From Marsupella aquatica (lineage: Eukaryota; Plantae; Marchantiophyta): a DNA stretch of 64,000 nucleotides. Both the position numbers and the translations under genes were made by a program. Shown in pieces: positions 35,635-48,100 of the stretch. The stretch lies in NCBI GenBank assembly GCA_973895155.1, contig OZ316899.1, forward strand, positions 10,042,287 through 10,106,286, read 5' to 3'. Position 1 is the first letter of the stretch; each line of letters starts with the position of its first letter. The notes below the pieces were generated by a model. It ran no database searches. It saw nothing but the letters and a program-made list of their open reading frames with translations, and was not told the origin of the DNA.

Positions 35635-38171
35635 CTATGTACCACAAACCTCTAAAAAGGTGTGTTGCGTCCCTTTTCTTCTTTGGGCAAGAGCGTGGGC
35701 GGGGTACAGGTTTGGGAGCGCGAGACCCCTCATGTTGGTGGCTGCCCACAACCGTGGCAGCCACCTGCTCAGCGGATGGCGTGGGTTGGCCTGATGCCGG
35801 TCTAGACCCTGAACCACTAGATGCACCACTATGGTGCTCAGGCAAGACAGATGTCCCACCACCCCCGACACAGCAGAGTGGAAGGAGCCCTCTCCGGTAG
35901 ACCTACGTGAGTGATGGGATGCTCCACCTGCATGTGCTGTCTCTAGCCCGTGCCGTACTGTACTCCCACCAGACTCACAAGATGACGCTCGACCCCTAGA
36001 ACCACCATCCTGTATGTCACTAGTCCCTCGTCGTGGAGGGCCAGCTGGTGCACTATGTACCCCTGATCGATGGCCTGGTCCCACACGACCTCTACTACCC
36101 CCTGACGGCCCGGGCCTACCACCCCATGATGCTGCTGAATGATGGGAGCCCACACCATTAGCATCATATGAACCAGCACCCTCTGCTGATGTGGGGGCAA
36201 CATGAGGGATAGGGGTAACCGTGGCCACTCTCGCCGACCCTGCCGCATCCTCTGCATCCTCATCACCTGCATTCTCATCACCAACATCCTCATCACCAAC
36301 ATCCTCATCACCACTGTCCTCATCACCTGCCCCACCTGACTCCTCATTCGATCCTGACTCCTCCTACGCAATACATAGCTAGGATTAAATTGTTGTTAAA
36401 TTAGTTTATATAGGGCCTCCAAAACTCTAACAAATTCACCATAACCAAAAACATTTTCATAACCTAGGGGGAACACAAACCTCTCCCAACTCATCCTCAA
36501 GGTGGCGCTTAAGAGCGCGGGGTCCATTCCACTTTGCCAAATCCCTCTTGGATGGCCCAATAGGTCTACCCCACTCCCTTTCCTGGCAGTTCACAGTCCC
36601 AAACAAAATATCCCATTAGCATGAAACCAAGCAATCTTGGACCCCATAATGCACACCCTACATACCCCTCATTAAAACTGTTATCATAGTAAACCCTAAT
36701 TTAAAATAGGACCCCAGCCACATACCCATACATATCCTATACCCTATATATAAACCCCTAATCAAACTAGTTCTCAAATTTAACCCTAATTTAAAAAACT
36801 CCACAAAGTGCTACTCAATCATGAAACCCCTAAACCTAATACCCAAGTTAAACTATTGCTATAAGCCCCCTAAAAATGCCACAAAACCTGATAATTAAGC
36901 TTTCCACGAGGGGTCCGATTCTCCATCCGATTGTCTTAGCATCGGAACTGCCTCGGAACGTTAGTGGCAAAAAATGAATAACAAGAGGTCCGATGCCGGG
37001 TCCGATGCAGAAAGAATCGGACACCGGCCTATCGGAAAGCACAGGGCCGAGAGAAAATTACACCATTGGGCTGCAAAGGGTTTAAAGCATTTGTAGGCAA
37101 AAAAAACAGTCACTCTTCGCAACAGAAGGTCAGGTGGTCGGGGGAGGAGCTAGGGAGGAGGGAGAGGGGTCTTACAAATTTGGCCTTCAGTCGATTGGAG
37201 CCGCCTTGCCCCATCCGGTGAGTCACCATAGGTTGACCTTGCACTCGTTGCAAAGCTGCTATGATGTCCTTTGGTGGCTTGGGGAGTCTTACCTCTTGTG
37301 CATGCCACTGTCGTAGCATCTGTTGGAGGGGGAGGATGTCAATTTCCTCTCCAGCTTTCCTCTTCTCCTCTGCCAGGCTGATTTCAAGATTGTAGTGATG
37401 TTTTTGCAGCCAGGCTCGGACTGCTAGTTCCTCCTCAAGCCAAGCTGCCCACTCATCTGAGGAAAGCGCATCTAGGCAGCCCTGCTCCCTGACCACCTCT
37501 GCATCCATCGGCATCTCAGCAAGGTAGTTCCTGAATTTCTCTCTTTGATGGTTTTGCATGTCTGAGAGTGAGGCGGATATCCTCTTGTTCAAGAACCTAT
37601 CATCAATGTGTGCCCCGTTCTTGAATCGTTCTTTCACTTGCTCTCGAATTCTGGATTTCTCTTCCTCCTTCTTGCCCCAGTAATCTAATGGCCCCAAATT
37701 GGCCCGCATCACTTGTTTGAATTGGCTGCAAAAGAGATTGTAGCCCCTGGGTAATGGAGAGCCACCTGAGTTTAGGGGTAGCTCAGGCCTCAAAGCTCTC
37801 TCTGCTTCCTTTCGCTTGAGCTCCTCTACTCGCCCCTTCTCAGCTTCCCTAGCCTCCCTCCAAAGCTTCTTCTCTCGTTTTCGAGGAGAGAGAGACTCCT
37901 CTGCATCTGCCCTGCTTCTCTTTGCCTCCTTCTTCTTCTTCTTTGCAGCTGCAATGGCTGCTAAAGCAGCTTTCTCAGCCTCAATCTTTGAGGCATCAAA
38001 CAAGGTCTGCAAAAGCGGGACTACTCTAGCTGCATCCTCCACACTCAACCCGGCCCTAGCAACAAAAATCTCCTTCATCACCTCATCGTATGCCCGAGAA
38101 GGTCCAGCCCCATCCCCACCACCAGATTTGCCTCCCACCATCTCCCCTCCTCCTTTGAGCTCCCCTCCCAT
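35635..38171 (-). CDS. CACTA second gene, TnpA/Transposase_24-like (spliced; main exon ~37176-38171, acidic/Gly-Ser-rich downstream exon)
   Basis: Long ORF inside the TIRs ending in VTHRMGQGGSNRLKAKF followed by a GTAAGA donor, reminiscent of the HxxG motif of TnpA-like proteins; divergent from the transposase. Confidence 0.5.
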
Positions 38172-39300
38172 CCTCGGCAATAACCTAAGTGTCAAGTGCA
38201 AAGCTTGTCCCGACTCGCGGGTCTTCGCACCAGCGTCGGGACTTCTTTTTTGAAATCTGGCCTGTTGCGTCCGATGCAAATTGCTTCGGACTTTCCAAAG
38301 CCGAGAACATCGGTATTGGTATTGGACCTTCCGATATGTTTGACATTGGACCCCTCGTTGTTAATGGGTTGCCTTTTGTTTGCCAAGGTTTGTCCGTTTC
38401 TTATAGTATCGGACCCCTCGTAGAATTCTTTCGGATGCACCTTTTCTTTCCCAAAGGGGGTGTGATGTGTTTAGTTTGGGTTGAATTGGGTATGGATTCT
38501 AGAGTTTTGGGGTTTTTTGAATTTGGGTTGGGTATGGTTGTGTTAACATTTTCTTTCCATTTGAATTGACAGGTTTTTTAATGTAGGGTGATACATACCT
38601 CACTGGGAGGGTGACCGTGACGTGCATGTGACTCTTGTGCATACTAGTTCCTTCTTCAGCATTGGGTTTGTTCTTGATTTTCATTTTTTGGGGGATAATT
38701 TTACTCTGGTCGTGCATACCTAATATGTTAGGCTATAATGATGCAATTCTTATATAGTCTTGCTTGAGACATTGGTTTAGGGTTTTTATGAGGATAGTGT
38801 TGTACATTTTCTTATGATAACGTGAACCCATTGTTAGGCTAATGTTTGTGTTTGAATGTGATGTGCAGTACCTTGATTTTGGCATGGAGGGGTAGGTTAA
38901 TTAGTTTTTTTGAGGGGGGTTGGTAGTCTTTTTTGATAATGCACTATGCATAGCGTGAGACCGTGTGTCCAAGAGGTATGATGTTTCTTGGCCCATCCAT
39001 GTATTCTCCTCAAGTTGTAACATAGAGGTTTACTTTGGCAAGTTTGACACATTGTTTGCCGAGGTGTGCATGTCATGCACTTTTTTCACTTAGCTCACTA
39101 TTGAAATGCCCACCTTGTAGAGATTTTGGATATCCCACACTTTGTGTGTCGAGAATATAGCCCCATAGGCACAGCAAAGCGCAGGTATCATTGAGGTACG
39201 TAGGGCAATGTCTCTCTATGTAAATCTCCTTAATTATGTTTGTATATACATCGACACAAGAAGTTGTTTAATCTAACTTACATGTTGGATATGTATGTAG

Positions 39301-39531
39301 ATGTCTACATCCGATAGTTCCACATCGGATTCAAACTTTGACACGAGCTCGTCCAAGGGGGAGGTTCCTCCACCCCCTCCTCTTGACCGTCCTCGTGCTC
39401 CACTAGGGCCCATACCTTGCTGGTGTGTGAGATGCAAGGGACTTGTGGTTCGACATGCCTGGGAGACTTGTGAGCACATTGAGAACTATGGTCGCCATGA
39501 GGGTGATATGCCAGGTTATTTGCCTAGCCAG
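39301..39531 (+). CDS. First exon of the CACTA transposase (transposase-associated CxCxxC...H domain)
   Basis: PCWCVRC...TCEHIENYG; phase-0 donor CAG|GTAAAT at 39532. Confidence 0.7.
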
Positions 39532-39646
39532 GTAAATAATTATACATACATCCCCCCTTTCATTTCATGAAACGGCAATTGGTGAAATATTGTATAATTA
39601 GCTTGCATTCAAATAACACTACTTAATTTATTGTGTGTTGAAATAG

Positions 39647-40590
39647 GTGCCTCGTAGACCCCCACCTCCTTTGGTTGATGATGCTGTGTGGCTAGAAGGG
39701 TTTCTAGCAAGGGCAAGGGACTTGCTTGCATCCCCCCTTGCCCATCCACCTCTTAGCCCCCTACTCCTATCCCCATAGTTGAGCATGTAGAGGGTGAACC
39801 GGTCTCTCGACCAGAGGTTGGGTGTACAAGAGTCCTACGTACACGACCACGGTCTCGCAGATGTAGACGAAAATATGAGCCACTGGAACAGGTAGACAGC
39901 AGGGAGGAGGTGTTAGGCAGTGCCCAACCATCCAACAACGTAGATTATATTGGGGTTGACGGACAGTTTGGAGCATCTTATCTCACTGGTAGGGCAGCCG
40001 ACGTTTTGAAAAACTTTGATCCTAGTCTCTTCAAATTTCTAGACTACATTCCTATTAATGAACCGGTTGAGATATGGGGTCGCTCTTGGATAGTGAAAGA
40101 TTCCTCCATTGGTGCTGATATAGGATATGGTCTATATGCTTTGGAGGACATTATTGTCCCTCCAAAGCCATGGAGACGTGGCTATGATGGAGAGTACCTT
40201 TTCCCTTACATTGGAGCTATATACAACGCTAAGAGTTGGAACATTTTGTTGCGTCAACACCCAAGTTGGGGGGTGTACGCATTGAGGATGGACTCAGACC
40301 CAGACGAGGTCTTCACTAGGCCGTGGCATTGTAGGATGATTGATGGTGACCCTGTTCGGAATTGTAATTTAGCAGGGTACATCAATAGTACCACGGGTAG
40401 AGGTAGAGATTTGGAGGCTAATGTAGAGTGGATCCAGATGTTTGGTCCACCTAGAGCTCCATATTTTGTGAAACATATGGATGATCACATCATGACGGTC
40501 GCTGTTAGGACCATTAGAGCTGGTGAGGAGTTATTGTGTGATTATGAGTGGGATGCACCAAAATTGTCCCTACGTTCCCGTCCAAGATAG
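39647..40590 (+). CDS. SET-domain exon carried inside the CACTA element
   Basis: SSIGADIGYGLYALEDI, FPYIG, IDGD...NLAGYINS, NVEW, AVRTIRAGEELLCDY match SET motifs; acceptor AAATAG at 39646; one frameshift near 39750, then open to the stop at 40590. Confidence 0.85.
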
Positions 40591-40712
40591 TTTCTTGGAC
40601 TTACATATATACATATATATATATCAGATTCTTTTCCATTTTTAACATTGGATAATTGGTTGTTCACAATATTGATGTTGATGAGATTGCATGCATTGAT
40701 GTTGTATGATAG

Positions 40713-43700
40713 AATCAATATGTGGTGCCTGATATTGGGGTAATATCACGAGCTATGCGGCACCACCTTGTTGAGGCCATGGTGGCCAATGATGGGGAGG
40801 AGAATGAGGTACAACATGAGGATGATGACTCTACCCAAGATCGGCTTGAAGATGAGGAGGCCATGGATGAGCTCATGAACCAATTTTATGAAGATGATGC
40901 TGATATTGGTATGGAGGACATGGGTTTCACCGATGACAACACCACTCATCCTTCTAGGGGGGGGCCAGCAGAAGGAATAGGAAGAGGCTCAACGTCATGC
41001 TCGTACTCGCATATTTGAGGGGAGTAGGTTATCTCGGCTCTCAGCAATAATGTTATTGTTGAATGTGCAACAAAGACATGGGGCCAACAACCTACTTTTG
41101 GATGATGTTTTTCGTACCCTACATGATCGCATTTTACCACCAGGCAACAACATGCCAAGGTCTTGGAAGGAGGCTAAACAGGTGTTGAAGTCCATTGGTC
41201 TAAAGTATGAAGTGATACATGCATGTGTAAATGATTGCATTCTTTTTAGGGGTGAGCATGAAAATGCAATCATATGTCCTGAGTGTGAGAAGCCGCGGTA
41301 CCGTGATGACATGTTGACAGGGAAGGTGCCTCAAAAAGTTATGCGGTATTTTCCTCTCATCCCTCGATTGCGAAATCAATACCGTTGTGCAGAGTTGGCT
41401 GAGTATATGGTATGGCACTCACAACATCATTCTGATATGGGTACAGACTCCAGTGCCATGCGAATGATGGTGACTTTCCTGCCAATCGATTTGTAGAGGA
41501 TAGATGGGGTGAGTTCAAAACTGACCCACGACGTGTGAGACTTGGATTGGCAGCAAATGGTATTAGCCCTTTTGCATTGGCAGGTAAAGCAAAACCATAT
41601 TCAATCTGGCCAGTAGTTCTAACAAACTACAATATCCCTCCATGGATGGCCATGAAGAAAGGTCATCTACTACTCTCAATGATCATCCCCGGTCCTAAGC
41701 AAGTAAAAAAGATTGACATCTACTTGCAACCTTTGATTGATGAGCTTTTGCAACTTTGGAGGGGAGTGGATTGTTATGACGGACGTTGCAACACTGGAGG
41801 TTTATCTCGCGCATTCACCCTCAAGGCCATTCTTATGTGGACCATGCATGATTTACCAGGTAATCACAGTAAACCTTGCAATTAATTTAACCCTATTTCA
41901 TCAATCTTGCACTTAATTAAAAATTGTATTCCTTTCTCTAACCTTCTTTCATTGGCTGGCTGTCCCTTGACCAATCATAGGGTTTGGATATATCTCTGGA
42001 TTGCAAACATCAGGCTATCGAGCTTGCCCTTCACGTGGACCAGATTTGGAGGGAGTGGCAAGACGCAAGTCAACTACTTTGCGGAAGATAGTTTACATTG
42101 GTCATACCAAATATCTTCCAGCAGACCATCCTTGGAGGAGTGACCACTTCCTGTATGACACTGATGAGGGCCAACCTGATACCCGTCCTCAACCTCAACA
42201 AAAGGATCCAGCATATTGGAGAGAGGTATGGCAAAGAGTTCAAGACCCAGATGATCCATTACAATTTCTCAGATGTGGCATGACCCGTTTGTCTGCATTA
42301 TCACAGTTGCCATATTGGTCAGAGATGCCCATTAATCACTTGTTAGATCCGATGCACATTGAGGGGAATGTGGGGAGGTCATTGATTCGTCATCTATATG
42401 GGGAGAAGAACCACATTTGGAGAGAAAGTTGTGAGGAGATGGGAATGCATGGTCTTCTTGGTTTTTGGCCATCTTTGGACCCCCCTAGCATCCATCCACC
42501 TTGAGTTTTGACTAGGGCAGAGTGCACTGAGTTTTGCAGACGTATTGGGTCAATGAGGTTTCCCACAGCTTATGGCGCAAATCTTCGAAAAGCATTTGGG
42601 GGGGGATGATTCTCCAAAATGGCCATCTTACTTGAAAACACGTGATTATCATCGGTTACTAGAACATGTCATTCCAGTTGCGATTATTGGATTGGGTAGT
42701 GAGGAACTTTGTGATGCCCTTTGGTCATTGGGAAAGCTTTTGAGATGGGTATGTCAGAAGGAGGTATAGGAGGATGAAACTGCTGCAATGGAGATATTTG
42801 GAGTAGAGGTTATTTGTAAGTTGGAGAAGGCACTCCCTCCCTCTTTCTTTGATGGCCAGGTTCATTTTCTCATACATTTAGTGCATGAGGTTGCAATTGC
42901 AGGCCCAGTGCATTGTTGATGGATGTATTGGGTTGAGCGTTATATGGGGGTGATGAAGTCGTACGTCTCTAATCGCGCTAGGGTGGAAGGTAGCATTGCA
43001 GAGCGTCATCTTGGAGTAGAGAGTATGTTTTATTGTACAAACATGGTTGCCACACTAGATCCTAACGCTCCTAGGGGATGGATACATGAGGCAGCGCGAG
43101 AGGCGGACTATGAGGATGATAGACTCATTGGGGCATCAGGAGAGCGTCTCTTGAGCTCAGTGGAGCGTTTGCAGCTCACAACATTTATGTTGTATAATTC
43201 ACCAGAGGTTGTGGGGAGTGGAACAACATTTTATGAGGAGGAGAAGAAAAACAGTCGGCGACCACGATTATTTCCCAAGTTTCACCCATGCATGAAGTCA
43301 AAGATGCTAGAAGTGGATGCCTTGGTGGGTATTGGGAGAGCATATCACACTTCCCAAAGGTGATTGATAAGCTTCGTACCTTGATTCATGGTCCACTACT
43401 TATAGTCACGACTCGGACAACCATGTGGTCCAAGGGGAGACATTTTCGTGTTGGACGACTTGATGAGAAGAGGGCAGCTACACAAGATTGTGGGGTGATG
43501 GGTTGGTTCACCCAGTATTCACAGAGTAGCACATCAGACAGGAATCCCATTCGGTCCACCGTCACCCATTATGGAAAGATTGAGGAAATCCTTACCATAA
43601 AGTACCATGCACATACTACTTTGGAGGAAGGTATTAAAGTGCAAATGGTTCAAGATGAATCTTGTGGGCCACAACCGGACATGTGAAGATGATGCATGCG

Positions 43701-43927
43701 GTTTTACCCGGTTGAAGACAACCGCAAATAGTGTCATCAGCTCAAATTGGAGGTCCTCAGATCCCTTTGCGTTCCCCCATCACCTTGAACAATGTTTTTA
43801 CCTACCCTATCCAAATGACTCAGATTGGTCCATTGTCATGCCATACATTCCACGATCACGATCCATCGTCCAGGATAGACCTAACGTAGTTATAGTGGAA
43901 GATATTGACATTCCCTCCACTAGTTAG
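40713..43927 (+). pseudogene. CACTA Tnp2/TnpD transposase (Transposase_21, DUF4218 and DUF4216 regions), decayed
   Basis: IHACVNDCILF, CPECEKPRY, RYFPLIPRL, LGLAANGISPF, SIWPV, YNIPPW, IIPGPK, IDIYLQPLIDEL, WTMHDLP, LDPMHIEGNV, MYWVERYMG, EGSIAE, KCKWF. Confidence 0.93.
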
Positions 43928-44661
43928 ATCAATATCTAGTACATCAAAGGCGTAGCTAACCCCTACCATCTTATTTGTGGCTATTTTATTGGCATTACAT
44001 ATTTATTGGCATTTCATGTGTTCTCACTCTCTACCATTGCATAAACTATATTGCTACAAGTATCCATAATCAAACCATGACCACAATACAATGTCCCATT
44101 GTCAATCCCATGGAATCTACATTGCACAAGCATCGGTACTCGGCCGGAGAACTAAACCTCTTTCCGATATTGAAAGTGACAGGACACATGCGATTCAAAA
44201 CCTATCGGAACCATTTTTCCGTTCCATAAACATCGGACCCCTCGGCAAAAATGACGAAGGAGGGGTCCGATATGCTTACCTTTGGACACCTTCCGATACT
44301 TTTATTATCACACCTAGGTTCCAAAGCAATATCTTTCCCAATATTATGTCCGTTGTTTTAAATATCGGACCATGTCCGTTTGTTTTTCCAACGAGCCTCA
44401 GGTCCGAGTGTAATTGCATCAGAAGCTAAAGCCTTACTTTTGTCATCTCTTTGCGATGCTATTAATTTTGGACATTGTCCGATAGTGCTGGTATGGGATA
44501 TAGTTTGCAATGCATTTTACATCGGTACCTTTAGTTCCGATATATTTTGAATTGGAAATTATGATGGTTTTAATATCGGAATTTGTCCAATGCATTTGGT
44601 TTTGGACGGGTCAAAGAAGCTGCGATTTGAGTATCGGAAAGAGACCCAAAATGTACTAGTG

Positions 44662-45168
44662 AGAGTTGCCCAAGACCAAATTAAATGCTCACAGCAAAGA
44701 AGCTAAAAACACTCCTATAGAGTATCAACCCGGGGCAGCAAGTGGACCTACAGTCCCACCTCAAAATCCGGCCAGAAGCAATGCCAACAGTTGGTCTACA
44801 ACTGACACGACAACCAAGCATAAAACTCAGAAAGCAAAGGCATTTGCTGTACAAGTAATGAGGTCTATAAATGGCCTTAACAGAGTGGCCAAATTTGGTA
44901 CAAAATATTTAAAGAAGAGATGCTGACACTTAATTTCATTAACAAGGATATTGTCCCTTGCTTATTCCTGAAACACTTTGATCACAAATTTGTCATCCTG
45001 GCACTATATGTCAACGATATCAACATATTTGGTACGCCAGACCTCACTGCCAAAACAATTGAAACCTTAAAAAGTGTCTTTGAAATGAAAGATCTAGGAA
45101 AACCAAATTATTGCTTGGGCATTCAATTTGACCACCTAGAGGAAGGGATCTTCATTTCACAATCAACC
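44662..45168 (+). pseudogene. Copia element 3: RT middle fragment
   Basis: AVQVMRSINGL, PCLFLK, LALYVNDINIFG, FEMKDLG. Confidence 0.9.
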
Positions 45169-48100
45169 TGTGATGCCTAGACAGGAATCACTCGGCCGGT
45201 TAAGTGGGTAAAGCAGGAAGGCACCCTAGGAACACCTTAGTATAGTGACAAAACAAGGAAAATATAAACAATTAGGGGCAACCATGGAACCCGGGCAGAG
45301 GCCGGAGGTAAGGCTGAGGGTGAAAACCCGATTAGGGTTATGGCGCGTTAAGCGTCGGCGGCTAGGAAGGATCAACGGGAAGAAGGACCGGCAGAGGAGA
45401 GGGGTAAGGAGCGCTTGCAGGAGATGGTGGCTCATTTGCGAGCACGAACTAGGCAGACGACTACGGGAGGCCAACTACTGTCAGCTGCTTAGGCAAGCAC
45501 TCGGGGAGAGAGTAGATACCGACGATCAACCTAAGGAGGGTATGAGCAACGTCAATCAAGCGGCACATTTCTGGGGATGCCTGTTCGAACGGGCAACTGA
45601 GTACATCAAGACTTACGAGGACGAGGAGTCAGAAAGGGCAGCTCGAGAACGGCAGGAGCTCGCTCGATTGTGGGAGCTGCAGAAGACGGCTTTCTTAGGA
45701 GGCGAACTCATCAAGGACGAGTTCCTGTGGACGCCTACTTCCAATCAACTCGACGATCTTCTGTTTTGCAAGGACAGCGTCGTCGGCATCCGAGAGGCCA
45801 TCAAGAACTGCAACGACATACACTGGGAATTAAAGGGTAGCACGGAAAGGTGGACCCAGGCAACGGTGCTAGGAGAAACCTCCACGGCAGCAGAGATGAA
45901 GAGGAAGGGAGCCGTCAACGATGAAGCCACCCCGGCAAAAAGAACGAGGTCGACGGCACCAAAGAAGCCAGCCGAGCAGCAGAGCAGGAGGCAGGGAGAA
46001 GCCGAAGAGGAGGAGGTCGATCCCATCAAGGCCATTCCAACCAGGGATGACACCTGGAAGGGCTGGGCGGCAACCCTACCGGTGGAGGTGCAACTACATT
46101 TTGCACGGGAGGAGGATGCATGCTTTACGGCCATGCAGACCAAGAAGTACCAAGGCTTCATGGCCGGATCCGGCTTGGAGGCCTTTGTAAGATTACCATG
46201 GCTGAAGCCGGAGGTACCGGAGTCAGACCTATTAGAATTCGTGGGGTCATGGGAACCCGAGACCAATTGCACGAGGATATATGGGAAGGATTTCTATCTT
46301 ACTCCCAAGGTGATTGCCGAAGTGTTTGGCTTGCCGATGGGCAATAAGACCAAAGTTGATACCAGGAAGACCTTGCCTGACAAGGAGTTCCGGTCGTTCC
46401 CCGGGCCATCAACGAAGAATGGCTTCTTCCGGAACACCTGCACCAACCCGCACATAGGAGAGATGATCGACTTCTTGCGGGTGACCATGCATTGTAACTT
46501 GCCGAGGGCAGAGATCGGCAAGGCACAGGTCTATCTGGCAGAAAGGCCAGACCCAAGCCGGGACTACAACGGGTACCTCCTCAACCAATTGAAGAAGATC
46601 TTAAAGGAGGAGCAGCAGGTAATCGGCATGGGGAGCGTGTCGCGGCTTGGCTATCACATGCCGCTGTTGTGCCGGTATGCCAGAGGTCAGACTTTTGCCC
46701 CGGTACTTCCCCTGCAGGTAAGGGCACCCGAGGAAGCTCCAACGCCGAGGCCGTTGGCTGAGAAGCCTCAACCACCTGTTAGTCCTACGATCGAGCAGGT
46801 GTTTAGGCCCAGGAAGGAAGACTTGCCGATGCAGCAACCAGGCATGCAGAGTCTGCTGAAACTACTGGAGAAAGAAAAGAAATCGGCATCGGCAACAACA
46901 ACGGCAACGGCAACAATGCCGGACACTACTACAGAGGTAGGCCTACACCGGCTCACAAGAGAAAACCCCTTTGCTGGAGACGAGAGAATCAGGCCGGAAT
47001 CCAAGCCAGGTGTTCGAATGTACGTGGGAACCTCAAGCTCCGAATCTGAGGCAGAATTGCCTGAAGCTCCTACCGAGGAAGAGGAGAGGGAGAAGCCGGA
47101 AATCCAAGAGGTAGAGGAGGCAGTGGAGGACTGCAGCCATGATAATTCCGGCTATGGGTCGGACCATCACGTTCCAGGAGTAAGGACCTGTGGCCGGTTT
47201 GTCCCCACACTTCCAAGGGTAGTGCGAGGGGACCCCAACCAGCAGAGTAGCCCTGAGTCTCCCCCACCAGATGTTGCTCCCCCGAGCTTCGACGGCATAA
47301 AACAGACGGTGCAGGAATTTCAGGAGCGAATCAAGCAGGAGGAAGAGGCCGCCCTGGCTAAGGAAAAGGATTTACCAGGAGGAGATTGGCCGGAGGACAT
47401 CAGGCGGCTAGCCGAAAAAGGAAGCAAACCTCTAGCCACGATTGAAGAGATCCGCAGGACGGCTTGGGAGCAGAGGCCACGATGGGCGATGCCGATCACT
47501 TCTACTTACTCCACCTACGCTAAGAATAGAGCCATGGAGTATGGTGAGATGTGTGGGGAACTTGCGCTCGGCATCTTTGGAGAGGAGTTGGAGGTAGGAC
47601 CCTTTTTCCATAGGGAGCAGTTGGAGAAGCACCAATTAGAAGAAGCGGTGGCTTTAGAGAGAAGCAAGAAGGACGAGGTCATTCGGCGGCTTAGGAGGAT
47701 GGAAGCCGAGATTGAAGATCTAAGGGCGGCCAAGAAAGCCCAAGATGAACTGCGGATTAAACGACATGAGCTGAACATCATGCAGGGGCAGTTGGACGCC
47801 GCGCAGGCTGATAATCAGAATATCAAGGATAAACTGACTCAGACGCAGGAAGAGTTGGCCGACACGATCCAAGAAAGGGAAAAGTGGAAGCAAGAGCTGA
47901 AGAATACAGAGGAGGCCCACATAACAGCCAACAGCCGGGCCATGGCGGAGACCCAAAGAAAGGAATGGGCGTTGAAAGGGGAGCTCGAGAAAATCCGCGG
48001 AGCCCTTGAGCAGAAGGAGGTCGAGTTAGGGAAATCCTATCAAGGGATTATGGCGCTGCAGCAGGAGCTTGCGTCCCTGACGGCCAGCTTCAAGGCCGAC

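Larger units (their letters stand above)
35047..44661. mobile_element. CACTA (En/Spm) DNA transposon, 9.6 kb
   Basis: TIR CACTAGTACATTTT (35047) / AAAATGTACTAGTG (ends 44661); 3-bp TSD AGA at 35044-35046 and 44662-44664; dense subterminal ATCGGA/TCCGAT repeats; Tnp2-type transposase. Confidence 0.95.

Noticed and set aside
36685-36850. Telomere-like AAACCCTAA motifs
   Set aside because: Only scattered single copies in an AT-rich intron; no tandem array.
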